Source: a virus | IMG/VR virus record: IMGVR_UViG_3300009180_003294 | Coordinates: 2,323 to 66,322 of that record | Length of the DNA: 64,000 nucleotides | Reading direction: 5' to 3' (one strand) | The notes under the pieces: model-generated | What the model was told of the DNA's origin: nothing | Databases searched by the model: none | Seen by the model: only the letters and a program-made list of their open reading frames with translations | Part shown: one piece after another, positions 50,181 through 58,516 of the stretch | Layout of the letters: every line of letters starts with the position of its first letter | Numbering within the stretch: position 1 is the first letter of the stretch | Made by a program: the position numbers and the translations under genes

Positions 50181-50864
50181 ATGATAATAAACACATCACA
50201 GGGCAATTTAGAATTTAATTTGCCAGAAAATTTTAAAAATGTCGGCATTCGACTATCGGGCGGCTGCGACAGTGCTATCATCGGATATTTGTTGGGCAAG
50301 TATGTAAAAGAAGAACGCCCTGACATATCTTTAGTTGCCATCAGTTTAGATGTGCAGGGCAAGGATTATCAAATCAATATTGCAAAAAAAGTAATGAACT
50401 TTATTGAAAATGAATTCGATATTAAATTTAAAAATCATTTTACTGGTTTAATAGAAGATCAACGAATATCTGGAAAGATGCAAACAGATCTATGCAGTCG
50501 ATTACTAGCCAACAACGAGATAGATTGTTATTTTACAGGCTTAACACGCAATCCTCCAGACGAAGAAATGAGAAAATTTGCAGTTAATATTTTTGATATT
50601 CCAGCAGCCGAAAGTACGATTCATAGAAGTCACAACGGAACAAAACTCACTGTTGATGGCAACAGATATTTTCCTTTGATTAACATAGATAAAAAAGGCG
50701 TTGCTGAGTTATATCAACAGTTTGATTTATTAGATCGTTTATTTCCATTGACAAAAAGCTGTGAAAATTTTTCACCAGAATCAATGGCAGCAATCAGTGT
50801 TCACTGTGAAACATTGTGCTGGCAATGCTGTGAAAGAGGCTGGGGCTTTGGTAGGTTCATTTAA
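50181..50864 (+). CDS. QueC-like PP-loop ATPase (tandem paralog)
   Basis: 'LSGGCDSA' and 'TKSC..HCETLCWQCCER.WGFGR'. Confidence 0.7.
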   Translation: MIINTSQGNLEFNLPENFKNVGIRLSGGCDSAIIGYLLGKYVKEERPDISLVAISLDVQGKDYQINIAKKVMNFIENEFDIKFKNHFTGLIEDQRISGKMQTDLCSRLLANNEIDCYFTGLTRNPPDEEMRKFAVNIFDIPAAESTIHRSHNGTKLTVDGNRYFPLINIDKKGVAELYQQFDLLDRLFPLTKSCENFSPESMAAISVHCETLCWQCCERGWGFGRFI

Positions 50865-52033
50865 TGAAATATTTAGATATCAGTGAAATCGAAAGCGTAC
50901 AGATTGACCATACAAGTCGTTGTAATCTGGCCTGTCCACAGTGTGCAAGAATATACAACGGACAGCCAAATCCGGAAATGCCGCTGGGTGAGTTGAGCTT
51001 AGACGACTATAAAAACTTCTTTACTCCCACGTTAATTAATAATGTAAAGCAAATAACACAGTGCGGTAACTACGGTGATATAATATCTAGTTCTAATATA
51101 TTAGAATGTTTAGACTGGCTACGTTCAGCAGGCAGTCGAGCCAACATCACAATCATGACCAATGGCAGTGCTAGAACAGCAGACTGGTGGAAAGACTTGG
51201 CTAGAATATTGGGCAAAGAAGGCAAAGTTGTTTTTAGTATAGATGGTTTAGAAGATACAAATCATTTGTACAGAGTTAATAGCAATTTTAACAAGATTAT
51301 CGAAAATGCTCGAGCATTTATATCAGCGGGCGGCAGAGCTCGCTGGGACTATCTAGTGTTTGCACACAATGAACATCAAGTAGAACAAGCAAAAAAAACA
51401 GCACAAGACTTGGGCTTTATACAATTCTCCGTTAAGAAAACAAATAGATTTATCAACGAAAAGAATTATCAAGGCTGGGTCAAAACTGAATTAGCTGAGC
51501 CTGTTATTAAAAGACAAAAAGCACCTCCCGGTGTTATGTCAATGATGACGTTGCCGCAGGGAGCAACACATATAATTCAAAGTCCCACAACAGACAAGTA
51601 CAAAGCACAGAGTAGTTTGCAGTTTGATGACATTGTAAAAGAACATGGTAGTTGGCAGGGATATATTGATTCTACTTCAATTAGCTGTAAATTTAAAAAA
51701 CAAAAAGCAGTCTTCTTAGACTTCGAAGGTAGAGTTTGGCCCTGCACTTGGACTGCCAGTGGAATATATCACTATGGAGAAAATACTCAAAAAGAACAGG
51801 CAAAACGTTTGTTGGATCATTATGGCTGGGACTTTAATTCCATTAGAAGCCACAGCATAGAAGATATAATGAATCACGAGTGGATGTCAAAGACATTGGT
51901 AGAAAGCTGGGGACTAACTTCGGATAGTAGACCAATTGAAAAGCTAATGTGCTGTGGCAGAACCTGCGGAACCAGCTATGATTTTTCTAGTTCCAGTAGT
52001 GCCAATAGGGAGGTAATCAGTTTACAAAAATGA
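50864..52033 (+). CDS. Radical SAM protein, subfamily B
   Basis: CNLACPQC, 'CGNYGD' and 'FSIDGLEDTNHLYR'. Close paralog of 44191..45366. Confidence 0.9.
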   Translation: MKYLDISEIESVQIDHTSRCNLACPQCARIYNGQPNPEMPLGELSLDDYKNFFTPTLINNVKQITQCGNYGDIISSSNILECLDWLRSAGSRANITIMTNGSARTADWWKDLARILGKEGKVVFSIDGLEDTNHLYRVNSNFNKIIENARAFISAGGRARWDYLVFAHNEHQVEQAKKTAQDLGFIQFSVKKTNRFINEKNYQGWVKTELAEPVIKRQKAPPGVMSMMTLPQGATHIIQSPTTDKYKAQSSLQFDDIVKEHGSWQGYIDSTSISCKFKKQKAVFLDFEGRVWPCTWTASGIYHYGENTQKEQAKRLLDHYGWDFNSIRSHSIEDIMNHEWMSKTLVESWGLTSDSRPIEKLMCCGRTCGTSYDFSSSSSANREVISLQK

Positions 52034-52596
52034 ATAACATTAAAATATTAAATAATTTTCCAAAAGAACTAATGGACGAGTTTAAAAATTACTACGAATT
52101 AAAATACAAGGGCAAGGATCCTGAAAACGTATGGAGTGATAAACACAGTGCTTCGGTGATATCAAATAGAGATATAAATTATTTCAACAAATTTCTACCC
52201 GAAAATGCCGACACTATAGACTTGTATTTTATTTACAAAGGAAGAATGATGCCACACATTGATAGAGGACGCAAAACTGCATTTCAAATTCCCATAGACA
52301 TAGATTTAGAAAATAGTTATACATACTCTTTAAAAAATAGAGACCTTTCTATATTAACACCTTCTTCTATAACTTTCAGTAGAAAAAACAATGAATCTAT
52401 TAATCGACCAGAACATTGGTTTTATGAATGGAACGAAGATGCATTTGATCGATACAATTTAGAAAAACCCATTTTACAAAATGCAGGAATGCCGCATGGT
52501 GGAGCAAATTTTGGAGACACTTGTAGAATATTTTTCTCCGGATCGTATACAAATGATTTCGACGACATGGTTGAAAAATTTAAGAATTGGCTATGA
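52030..52596 (+). CDS. Putative 2OG-Fe(II) oxygenase / cupin-fold protein
   Basis: 'MPHIDRGR' HxD and distal 'MPHG...RI' facial-triad pattern. Confidence 0.5.
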   Translation: MNNIKILNNFPKELMDEFKNYYELKYKGKDPENVWSDKHSASVISNRDINYFNKFLPENADTIDLYFIYKGRMMPHIDRGRKTAFQIPIDIDLENSYTYSLKNRDLSILTPSSITFSRKNNESINRPEHWFYEWNEDAFDRYNLEKPILQNAGMPHGGANFGDTCRIFFSGSYTNDFDDMVEKFKNWL

Positions 52597-53738
52597 CAAT
52601 TTCTAAATCATTCTGCATTATGCCCTGGACAGGGATATCCACCGAAGCCAGCGGAGGTTATCGCCCCTGTTGTTGGATGGATGGCACACATCTGTATAGA
52701 GGTTCTATCGACGATTACGAAACCAGTAAATATTTGTCTGATATGAAAGAAGATTTTTTAGAAGGCCGATATCCCAGTACTTGCAATCGCTGTAAATGGA
52801 ATGATGAAAATGACATGGTGTCTAAACGTCAACGCGAAAATAAAAAATGGTTGGAAAAAAATAACATAGAAGATTATGCAGTCACTAATTATTCTATTAT
52901 CGATCTAAGGCTTAATAACAAATGCAATTTACTGTGTGTAAGTTGCGGACCAAAAAGTTCTAGTTCTATATTTGAAGAAGTAGAACAGAATCAAGACAAG
53001 CACTTAACGCATTATAAATTTATATACAACAAAGTTAAAAATATGAATTTGTCTACTCCATACTCTGACGAAGAAGTAGATAAACTTATAGAACGTATCA
53101 ATCCCACTAGCAGAGTATATTTCACAGGCGGTGAGCCTACACTAGTTAAGCCTGCATTTAGAGTGCTGGAAAAGATGCTGGAAAAAGGTTATAACAAAGA
53201 TGTACCCATTGAGTTTAACAGTAACTTTCAAGCACTGAATAAAAAGTGGATAGAGCAATTAAAACAGTTTAAAGGCTTGATGATGCCTAGTATTGATGCT
53301 GTTGGTTCACAAGCAGAATTAATTAGATATGGATCGAAGTGGGAAGACGTAGACTACAATTTTAGATATTTTTTTAAAGAGTGTACGGGCTTTAGAATTA
53401 AAATTTGGCCCACTATATCGACATTAAACATATTGTATATCAAAGATATTATTAATTGGGCAGAAAGCTTTGAATCTGACAGAATAGAAATATCATTGGA
53501 TAATCGTTTGTCGGCACCTGCCTGGCTTGATATAAAAAATATGCCGGATAGTTTAAAAGATAAAGCCCGAACATATTTAAGCGACGATCCGAGATTCTCG
53601 GATATATTAAGACACTTAAATGAAGTTTCAAATGTCGCCGAACAAAAAAACTTTATAATTAATATGGATAAATTAGATGCCATACGAAATACAAATTGGA
53701 GAGAAACATTAAATGAAATTGCTAATGGCTGGGAATGA
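52593..53738 (+). CDS. Radical SAM protein, subfamily A
   Basis: 'FCIMPW..RPCC..CNRC', CNLLCVSC and 'FTGGEP'. Confidence 0.9.
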   Translation: MTISKSFCIMPWTGISTEASGGYRPCCWMDGTHLYRGSIDDYETSKYLSDMKEDFLEGRYPSTCNRCKWNDENDMVSKRQRENKKWLEKNNIEDYAVTNYSIIDLRLNNKCNLLCVSCGPKSSSSIFEEVEQNQDKHLTHYKFIYNKVKNMNLSTPYSDEEVDKLIERINPTSRVYFTGGEPTLVKPAFRVLEKMLEKGYNKDVPIEFNSNFQALNKKWIEQLKQFKGLMMPSIDAVGSQAELIRYGSKWEDVDYNFRYFFKECTGFRIKIWPTISTLNILYIKDIINWAESFESDRIEISLDNRLSAPAWLDIKNMPDSLKDKARTYLSDDPRFSDILRHLNEVSNVAEQKNFIINMDKLDAIRNTNWRETLNEIANGWE

Positions 53739-54282
53739 AGAATATGGACTGGCAAAGTCCTTGAAAATGCTGTATCCTGACACAGTGAGCCTAAGTAGAA
53801 CCACAGGCTATGACATTAAAAAGTTAGAAACAAAAAAGCAAATTGCTGAAATGAGTTTAGACTATGATGTTTTCTTTTGCGTAAGTGCATTGGGAGACTT
53901 CCATCAATCTTTGTTAGTTGAAAAGATCATGGAAAAATGGCAGGAAAAGAACCACACAGGATACTTAATTGTATTAGGCTCTAGTGCAGATACTCCGGTC
54001 AATGGAACGTTAAGAATGTATAACGTGGAGAAAAGAGCGTTAAGAGCATATTGCAGGCAGCTCAGTCAAATAGCTGCCAGCGAAAAACCCAGTAATTGGA
54101 AAGTAACATACGTTGCTCCTGGCAATTTGCATACGCCAAATCAGGATGCAAAGATGCCTTCTACTCTTAAATTGGACTGCGATTACGTTGCCGGAGTTAT
54201 AAGTTGGTTATTAGAACAGCCCTTTGATATTAATATCAGCGAACTGTGCTTGGACAGAAAACAACTTATCTGTGAAAAGTGA
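53713..54282 (+). CDS. Short-chain dehydrogenase/reductase-like protein
   Basis: N-terminal 'MAGNEEYGLA', 'LGSSA', YxxxK 'YNVEK' and 'VAPG'. Confidence 0.7.
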   Translation: MKLLMAGNEEYGLAKSLKMLYPDTVSLSRTTGYDIKKLETKKQIAEMSLDYDVFFCVSALGDFHQSLLVEKIMEKWQEKNHTGYLIVLGSSADTPVNGTLRMYNVEKRALRAYCRQLSQIAASEKPSNWKVTYVAPGNLHTPNQDAKMPSTLKLDCDYVAGVISWLLEQPFDINISELCLDRKQLICEK

Positions 54283-54994
54283 CATTGATAGGTTGTTTTA
54301 TTTTAGTCGGATACACAAAGTCTCCCAATGACTGACTTGCATTCCTTATTTTAGTGTCATCTGGATATCCTACTCCTACCATTAACAATGGAAGACGTTT
54401 TAATCCTAGAACTTTTTTAATATCTTCCTGCTTCATACAACTGCAAAAGCCAGTTGAATAACCGGCCTGTACTGCAACTAGTGCAAGATAAGCAGAGCCG
54501 ATTCCAATTGCAACATCTCTATCAAAGTGTACTACTTGTTGGTTAACACCAGTGGGATCATTGCCGTGTTCAATAGAATAAAATTGTTGATAATTCTCAG
54601 CGTATTTTAATTTGTCAACATCTCTCCATAACGTCAAATCGGTGTTGTCTTCAAATATAAACAAAGCATTAGCAAGAACTTGATCATTTGGTATGAATTC
54701 TACAGGATCTTCGGGTCCTAACTTTACTGTGGGAATTAGTACATTATTTTCGTCACGCCTGGCTGCAAATCCAGCGGTGTGACTATGTATTTGTGCTATT
54801 AAATCTTGATTTGTCACAACATGTACATTATAAAATGCAATGTTCTGTTTGCTTGGGCAATGACTTGCCGCGGACACTAACAATCCTATATCTTTGTCAG
54901 GTATCTTTTTTGACAAATCCCAGTTTCTCTGACAATGTTGGCTTTTGTTAATTGCATTAATTAGCTCTATGCGTTTTTCTGAAGAGAGTTCCAT
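54266..54994 (-). CDS. Nitroreductase-family flavoprotein
   Basis: 'QRNWD...HCPSKQN...AIGIGSAYLALVAVQAGYSTGFCSC...VGVGYP'. Confidence 0.8.
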   Translation of the reverse strand: MELSSEKRIELINAINKSQHCQRNWDLSKKIPDKDIGLLVSAASHCPSKQNIAFYNVHVVTNQDLIAQIHSHTAGFAARRDENNVLIPTVKLGPEDPVEFIPNDQVLANALFIFEDNTDLTLWRDVDKLKYAENYQQFYSIEHGNDPTGVNQQVVHFDRDVAIGIGSAYLALVAVQAGYSTGFCSCMKQEDIKKVLGLKRLPLLMVGVGYPDDTKIRNASQSLGDFVYPTKIKQPINVTFHR

Positions 54995-55007
54995 AATAGC
55001 AATTTCC

Positions 55008-56114
55008 TTAGTTTGTTATATATTTATATATATTCCTGAAATCTTGTCCTCTGGAATTATCTAAGAAACTTGTTATACGCATGAACTTTGCTGTCAAATG
55101 ACTATCGTCTCTAGATAGCATTAGCTTTGAAATATATTCGCATTGACTTCGAACATTTTCGTCAGAATAATTAAAGTTTTTAAACTTATCAGCAATAAGC
55201 TCTTTTGATTCTTTTGGCAGCACAGTTATACATAAAAAATCCGGAAAGCTAAGGTGAGTTGTATTGAATTTAATTTTTTTAGCTGTAAGCCATTCCAAAG
55301 TCTCGGGCAAGTGAAGTACATTAAAAATACTGATAGTCGGTCGTGCTTGCAATCGAAGATCAAACTCATCTTGTAATGTAATGAATTTTTCTATGTTAGT
55401 TATAACAGCATCATAGTCGCTGGGGTAACGAAGATATTCGAATTCCTCCTTGACAATGCTGTCCATGCTGACCACTAATTCAACATGTTTAAATTGTTTC
55501 AATCTATCTACAATTTCCGCTTTTGGATATACTGTGCAGTTGGTACTGTAATTAAGGAAAATATTTTTACTGTGTCCAGAGTCTATAATATAATCTAATA
55601 GGCGCCAATGATCAGGAGTTACAAATGGTTCGCCTCCAGTGATTTTTAAATGTTTTAAATTTGGAACAAACGGGAAAATGTCTCGTATGTCTATTTTTGT
55701 TGTTTTTGTGGCAAAGCCCTTTAATGCAAGTTCTTCTTCGTACCACTTATCGCTGTACTTACTATCGCACATGCGACATTTCAAATTGCATTCGTTGCTG
55801 ATTGCAAGCTCGAGCCATTCTATCTTTGGATTGTCGGTGTCTACTTGACCCAGTAACTGATTTTCGTTGTAACGTTGTCTCAAACTCTTCTTACCGTTGT
55901 CTTCTTCTTCGTTGCAACGAACACATCCTGCAATTCTTTCTCCGGCGAAACTTGCTCTGCGTAATTCGTTCATTTCCTCGCTGAAGAAATTTCCTTCGAT
56001 TGTATTTTGAAAATACGGAACGTTATTTGATTCAAATCGGCAGCAGGGTTTAATCCTGCCAGTGCCATCAACAAATTGATGATTCCAAAAGGCAGAGCAT
56101 ATATTATTGTTCAT
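55008..56114 (-). CDS. Radical SAM protein, subfamily A (inverted)
   Basis: 'ICSAFW..KPCC..CVRC', CNLKCRMC and 'ITGGEP'. Start ATG 56114 lies 5 nt after TATAAATA. Confidence 0.9.
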   Translation of the reverse strand: MNNNICSAFWNHQFVDGTGRIKPCCRFESNNVPYFQNTIEGNFFSEEMNELRRASFAGERIAGCVRCNEEEDNGKKSLRQRYNENQLLGQVDTDNPKIEWLELAISNECNLKCRMCDSKYSDKWYEEELALKGFATKTTKIDIRDIFPFVPNLKHLKITGGEPFVTPDHWRLLDYIIDSGHSKNIFLNYSTNCTVYPKAEIVDRLKQFKHVELVVSMDSIVKEEFEYLRYPSDYDAVITNIEKFITLQDEFDLRLQARPTISIFNVLHLPETLEWLTAKKIKFNTTHLSFPDFLCITVLPKESKELIADKFKNFNYSDENVRSQCEYISKLMLSRDDSHLTAKFMRITSFLDNSRGQDFRNIYKYITN

Positions 56115-56151
56115 ATTAGTATTTATAGATAGCAAATAATAAATATCATAT
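56115..56151. promoter_or_regulatory. Divergent late-type promoter pair
   Basis: Minus strand TATAAATA (56127-56120) and plus strand TAAATA (56140-56145) in a 37-nt gap between divergent radical-SAM genes. Confidence 0.6.
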
Positions 56152-57285
56152 ATGAAACCAGTTGCAAGTTATTTTAAATTTAATCCAACGGGTGCTTTTT
56201 CGGTAGATTGGTATATAGGAAAACGTTGTAACTTTGCTTGTAGTTATTGCGTTGATTACTTACACGATTATACAAGCCCGCATGTTCCTTTAGAGAACAT
56301 GAAAAAATTAGTTGATGTACTATACGAAAAACACAAGTCGAATATATTATGGAGCCTAACAGGCGGAGAACCCACTATCAATCCTGGATTTATGGATCTG
56401 TGCAAATACATAAAAGAAAAAGGCAGCAGGTATGTCAGTTTGACTACTAACGGTACACGTACATTAGACTATCACAAAGAATTATTTAGATATATTGATG
56501 GTGTAACATTAAGTTTTCACTTTGAATTTATGGAACAGCGCATTGAAGAATATATTCACAAGTGTATAGAACTAGACAAGTGGCGACTTGAACTTAATAA
56601 AAATCTAGTTCAGGGTCAGCCTAAAAAAACTCTAATACTTAGATTTATGGTAGAGACCGGTCAGTTACCCAACGTTGAACGCATGGAAAAGGCTTTCAGA
56701 GACGCAGGCATTACTAATATAGAACATCGTTATATTCGTCCTCCTAGTGCAAATGCAAAGAACATGCAAACTGAGGAGAAGTATGCGTTTACAGATGAAA
56801 ACGATCCTAATCAGATTGTTAATCCTGAACAAGTACAACGCATAGAAACTAAAGAAGCAACTTTTTATAAAAAAGAAGAATTAGAATCCCTTAGCACAAT
56901 ATATAAAAGTACCGCAGATCCTGACAAACGCAAACTTAAATTTTGGTTTCAAGATGAACAAGGCAAGTACGCTGACACAGATTATCATTACAATGAGTTA
57001 AACTTTGACAAAAAGAATAATTATCAAGGATGGCTATGTTGGGCAGGCGCCAAGCATTTAAAAATCATTCCTGATGGCGGAATTTATATTGGTAGTTGTC
57101 ACGTGGGCGGACGTCGAGGCAACATATATGATAAAGACAGCATAGACTTGCCAGACGATCCTATTCGTTGCAATAAATGGCGCTGTACCGATAACACAGA
57201 TTTAAAAGTACCCAAGATCAAAGACTGGGAACATTATCATTTAGTCAAGGATATGATAGAATGGGAAAAGAACAATGACAAATAA
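56152..57285 (+). CDS. Radical SAM protein, subfamily C (C-terminal SPASM/twitch-like)
   Basis: 'DWYIGKRCNFACSYC', 'LTGGEP', and C-terminal 'WLCWAG..GSC..RCNKWRC..D..VPK'. Confidence 0.9.
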   Translation: MKPVASYFKFNPTGAFSVDWYIGKRCNFACSYCVDYLHDYTSPHVPLENMKKLVDVLYEKHKSNILWSLTGGEPTINPGFMDLCKYIKEKGSRYVSLTTNGTRTLDYHKELFRYIDGVTLSFHFEFMEQRIEEYIHKCIELDKWRLELNKNLVQGQPKKTLILRFMVETGQLPNVERMEKAFRDAGITNIEHRYIRPPSANAKNMQTEEKYAFTDENDPNQIVNPEQVQRIETKEATFYKKEELESLSTIYKSTADPDKRKLKFWFQDEQGKYADTDYHYNELNFDKKNNYQGWLCWAGAKHLKIIPDGGIYIGSCHVGGRRGNIYDKDSIDLPDDPIRCNKWRCTDNTDLKVPKIKDWEHYHLVKDMIEWEKNNDK

Positions 57286-58516
57286 CAATCCGTATTCGGT
57301 AATATCAAACAGTCATCCAGAGACTATGCACATAGAATGGGTGGTTAATAATGTTTGTAATTACAAATGTAGTTACTGTATGCCAGATCTACATTCTGGA
57401 TCCAGCGGACAGCCTCATTTCGAAAATAGTTTAAAGTTTTTGGACTTTGTACATGAAAAGGTTAACCCCAATTATAAGATGCTGACACTCAGTGGCGGTG
57501 AGCCCACTATGTGGCCTAGACTAAGTGAGTTTTTGCAAAAAATGAATCCTAACTACTACACGACTATTGTAACTAATGGAAGTAGAACATTAAGATGGTG
57601 GGAAGAATTTGTAGTTGATGCAACAAATTTGTCAGTTGTTACTATCAGTATACATTTAGAATATGCCGACATGGAACATATTATAAACGTTTGTAAAATA
57701 CTTCACAAAAAGATAAGAACAACAGTGTTGATATTATTTAATCCTGCCAAGAGAGAACAAGCAAAAATGTTTGCAGAAAGATTCAAGGCCGAACAATTAA
57801 ATATAACTTACACGATTAAACCAATAACCACACGCTATGAAGAAGACACTGATAATGCTTCTTTAGAGTATACCGCAGAAGATAAAAAATTTATCAAAGA
57901 CAATACAGTATATTCACAAAAAGGATTTCCATCGTTGCCAACTTCTGCAGAGATGGTAGTCGACGGTGTTAAAAAAGATTCGTTTTTCGCTGGTAGAATG
58001 ATCGCAGATAAAACTAATAAATTTACAGGTTGGTGGTGCGAAGCTGGAAGAAAACGATTGACTATATGGCATGATGGCAATGTTTATGGAGCACAGTGCC
58101 ATACTGCCAAGAAAAATGTGTTGGGGAACATCAATGACGGCGAAATCAAAATTATCAACGGATTAGTATGTGATATTATGCACTGCGCTTGCTTGCCTGA
58201 TCTACGAATTCCGAAAAGAAAACATTATGATTTGAAAAAAGAACTGCAAGGAGATTCTGCGGCAATTGTTGCATTAGATGCAGCCGGTAGCTTAACTACT
58301 ATGCCTTTGCGTCAATTACAATTAGAAGCAGCCAGGGTGATAAGTAGCATGGAAGCTACTAACGATAATATACATAAATTTAATGTAGAAAGCAGACACA
58401 ACAGCCAACTATGGTATAGGTCTGCTCTTATATGGTATATTAACAAATATGGAAATTTACCAAGTATTACCGGTCCAGGAAAAGAAATAAAATTTATCTA
58501 CGAACAAAATGAGTGA
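57275..58516 (+). CDS. Radical SAM protein, subfamily C, with extra C-terminal domain
   Basis: 'EWVVNNVCNYKCSYC', 'LSGGEP', 'WWCEAG..AQC..CDIMHCAC.PD..IPK', plus an extension of about 95 aa. Confidence 0.9.
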   Translation: MTNNNPYSVISNSHPETMHIEWVVNNVCNYKCSYCMPDLHSGSSGQPHFENSLKFLDFVHEKVNPNYKMLTLSGGEPTMWPRLSEFLQKMNPNYYTTIVTNGSRTLRWWEEFVVDATNLSVVTISIHLEYADMEHIINVCKILHKKIRTTVLILFNPAKREQAKMFAERFKAEQLNITYTIKPITTRYEEDTDNASLEYTAEDKKFIKDNTVYSQKGFPSLPTSAEMVVDGVKKDSFFAGRMIADKTNKFTGWWCEAGRKRLTIWHDGNVYGAQCHTAKKNVLGNINDGEIKIINGLVCDIMHCACLPDLRIPKRKHYDLKKELQGDSAAIVALDAAGSLTTMPLRQLQLEAARVISSMEATNDNIHKFNVESRHNSQLWYRSALIWYINKYGNLPSITGPGKEIKFIYEQNE

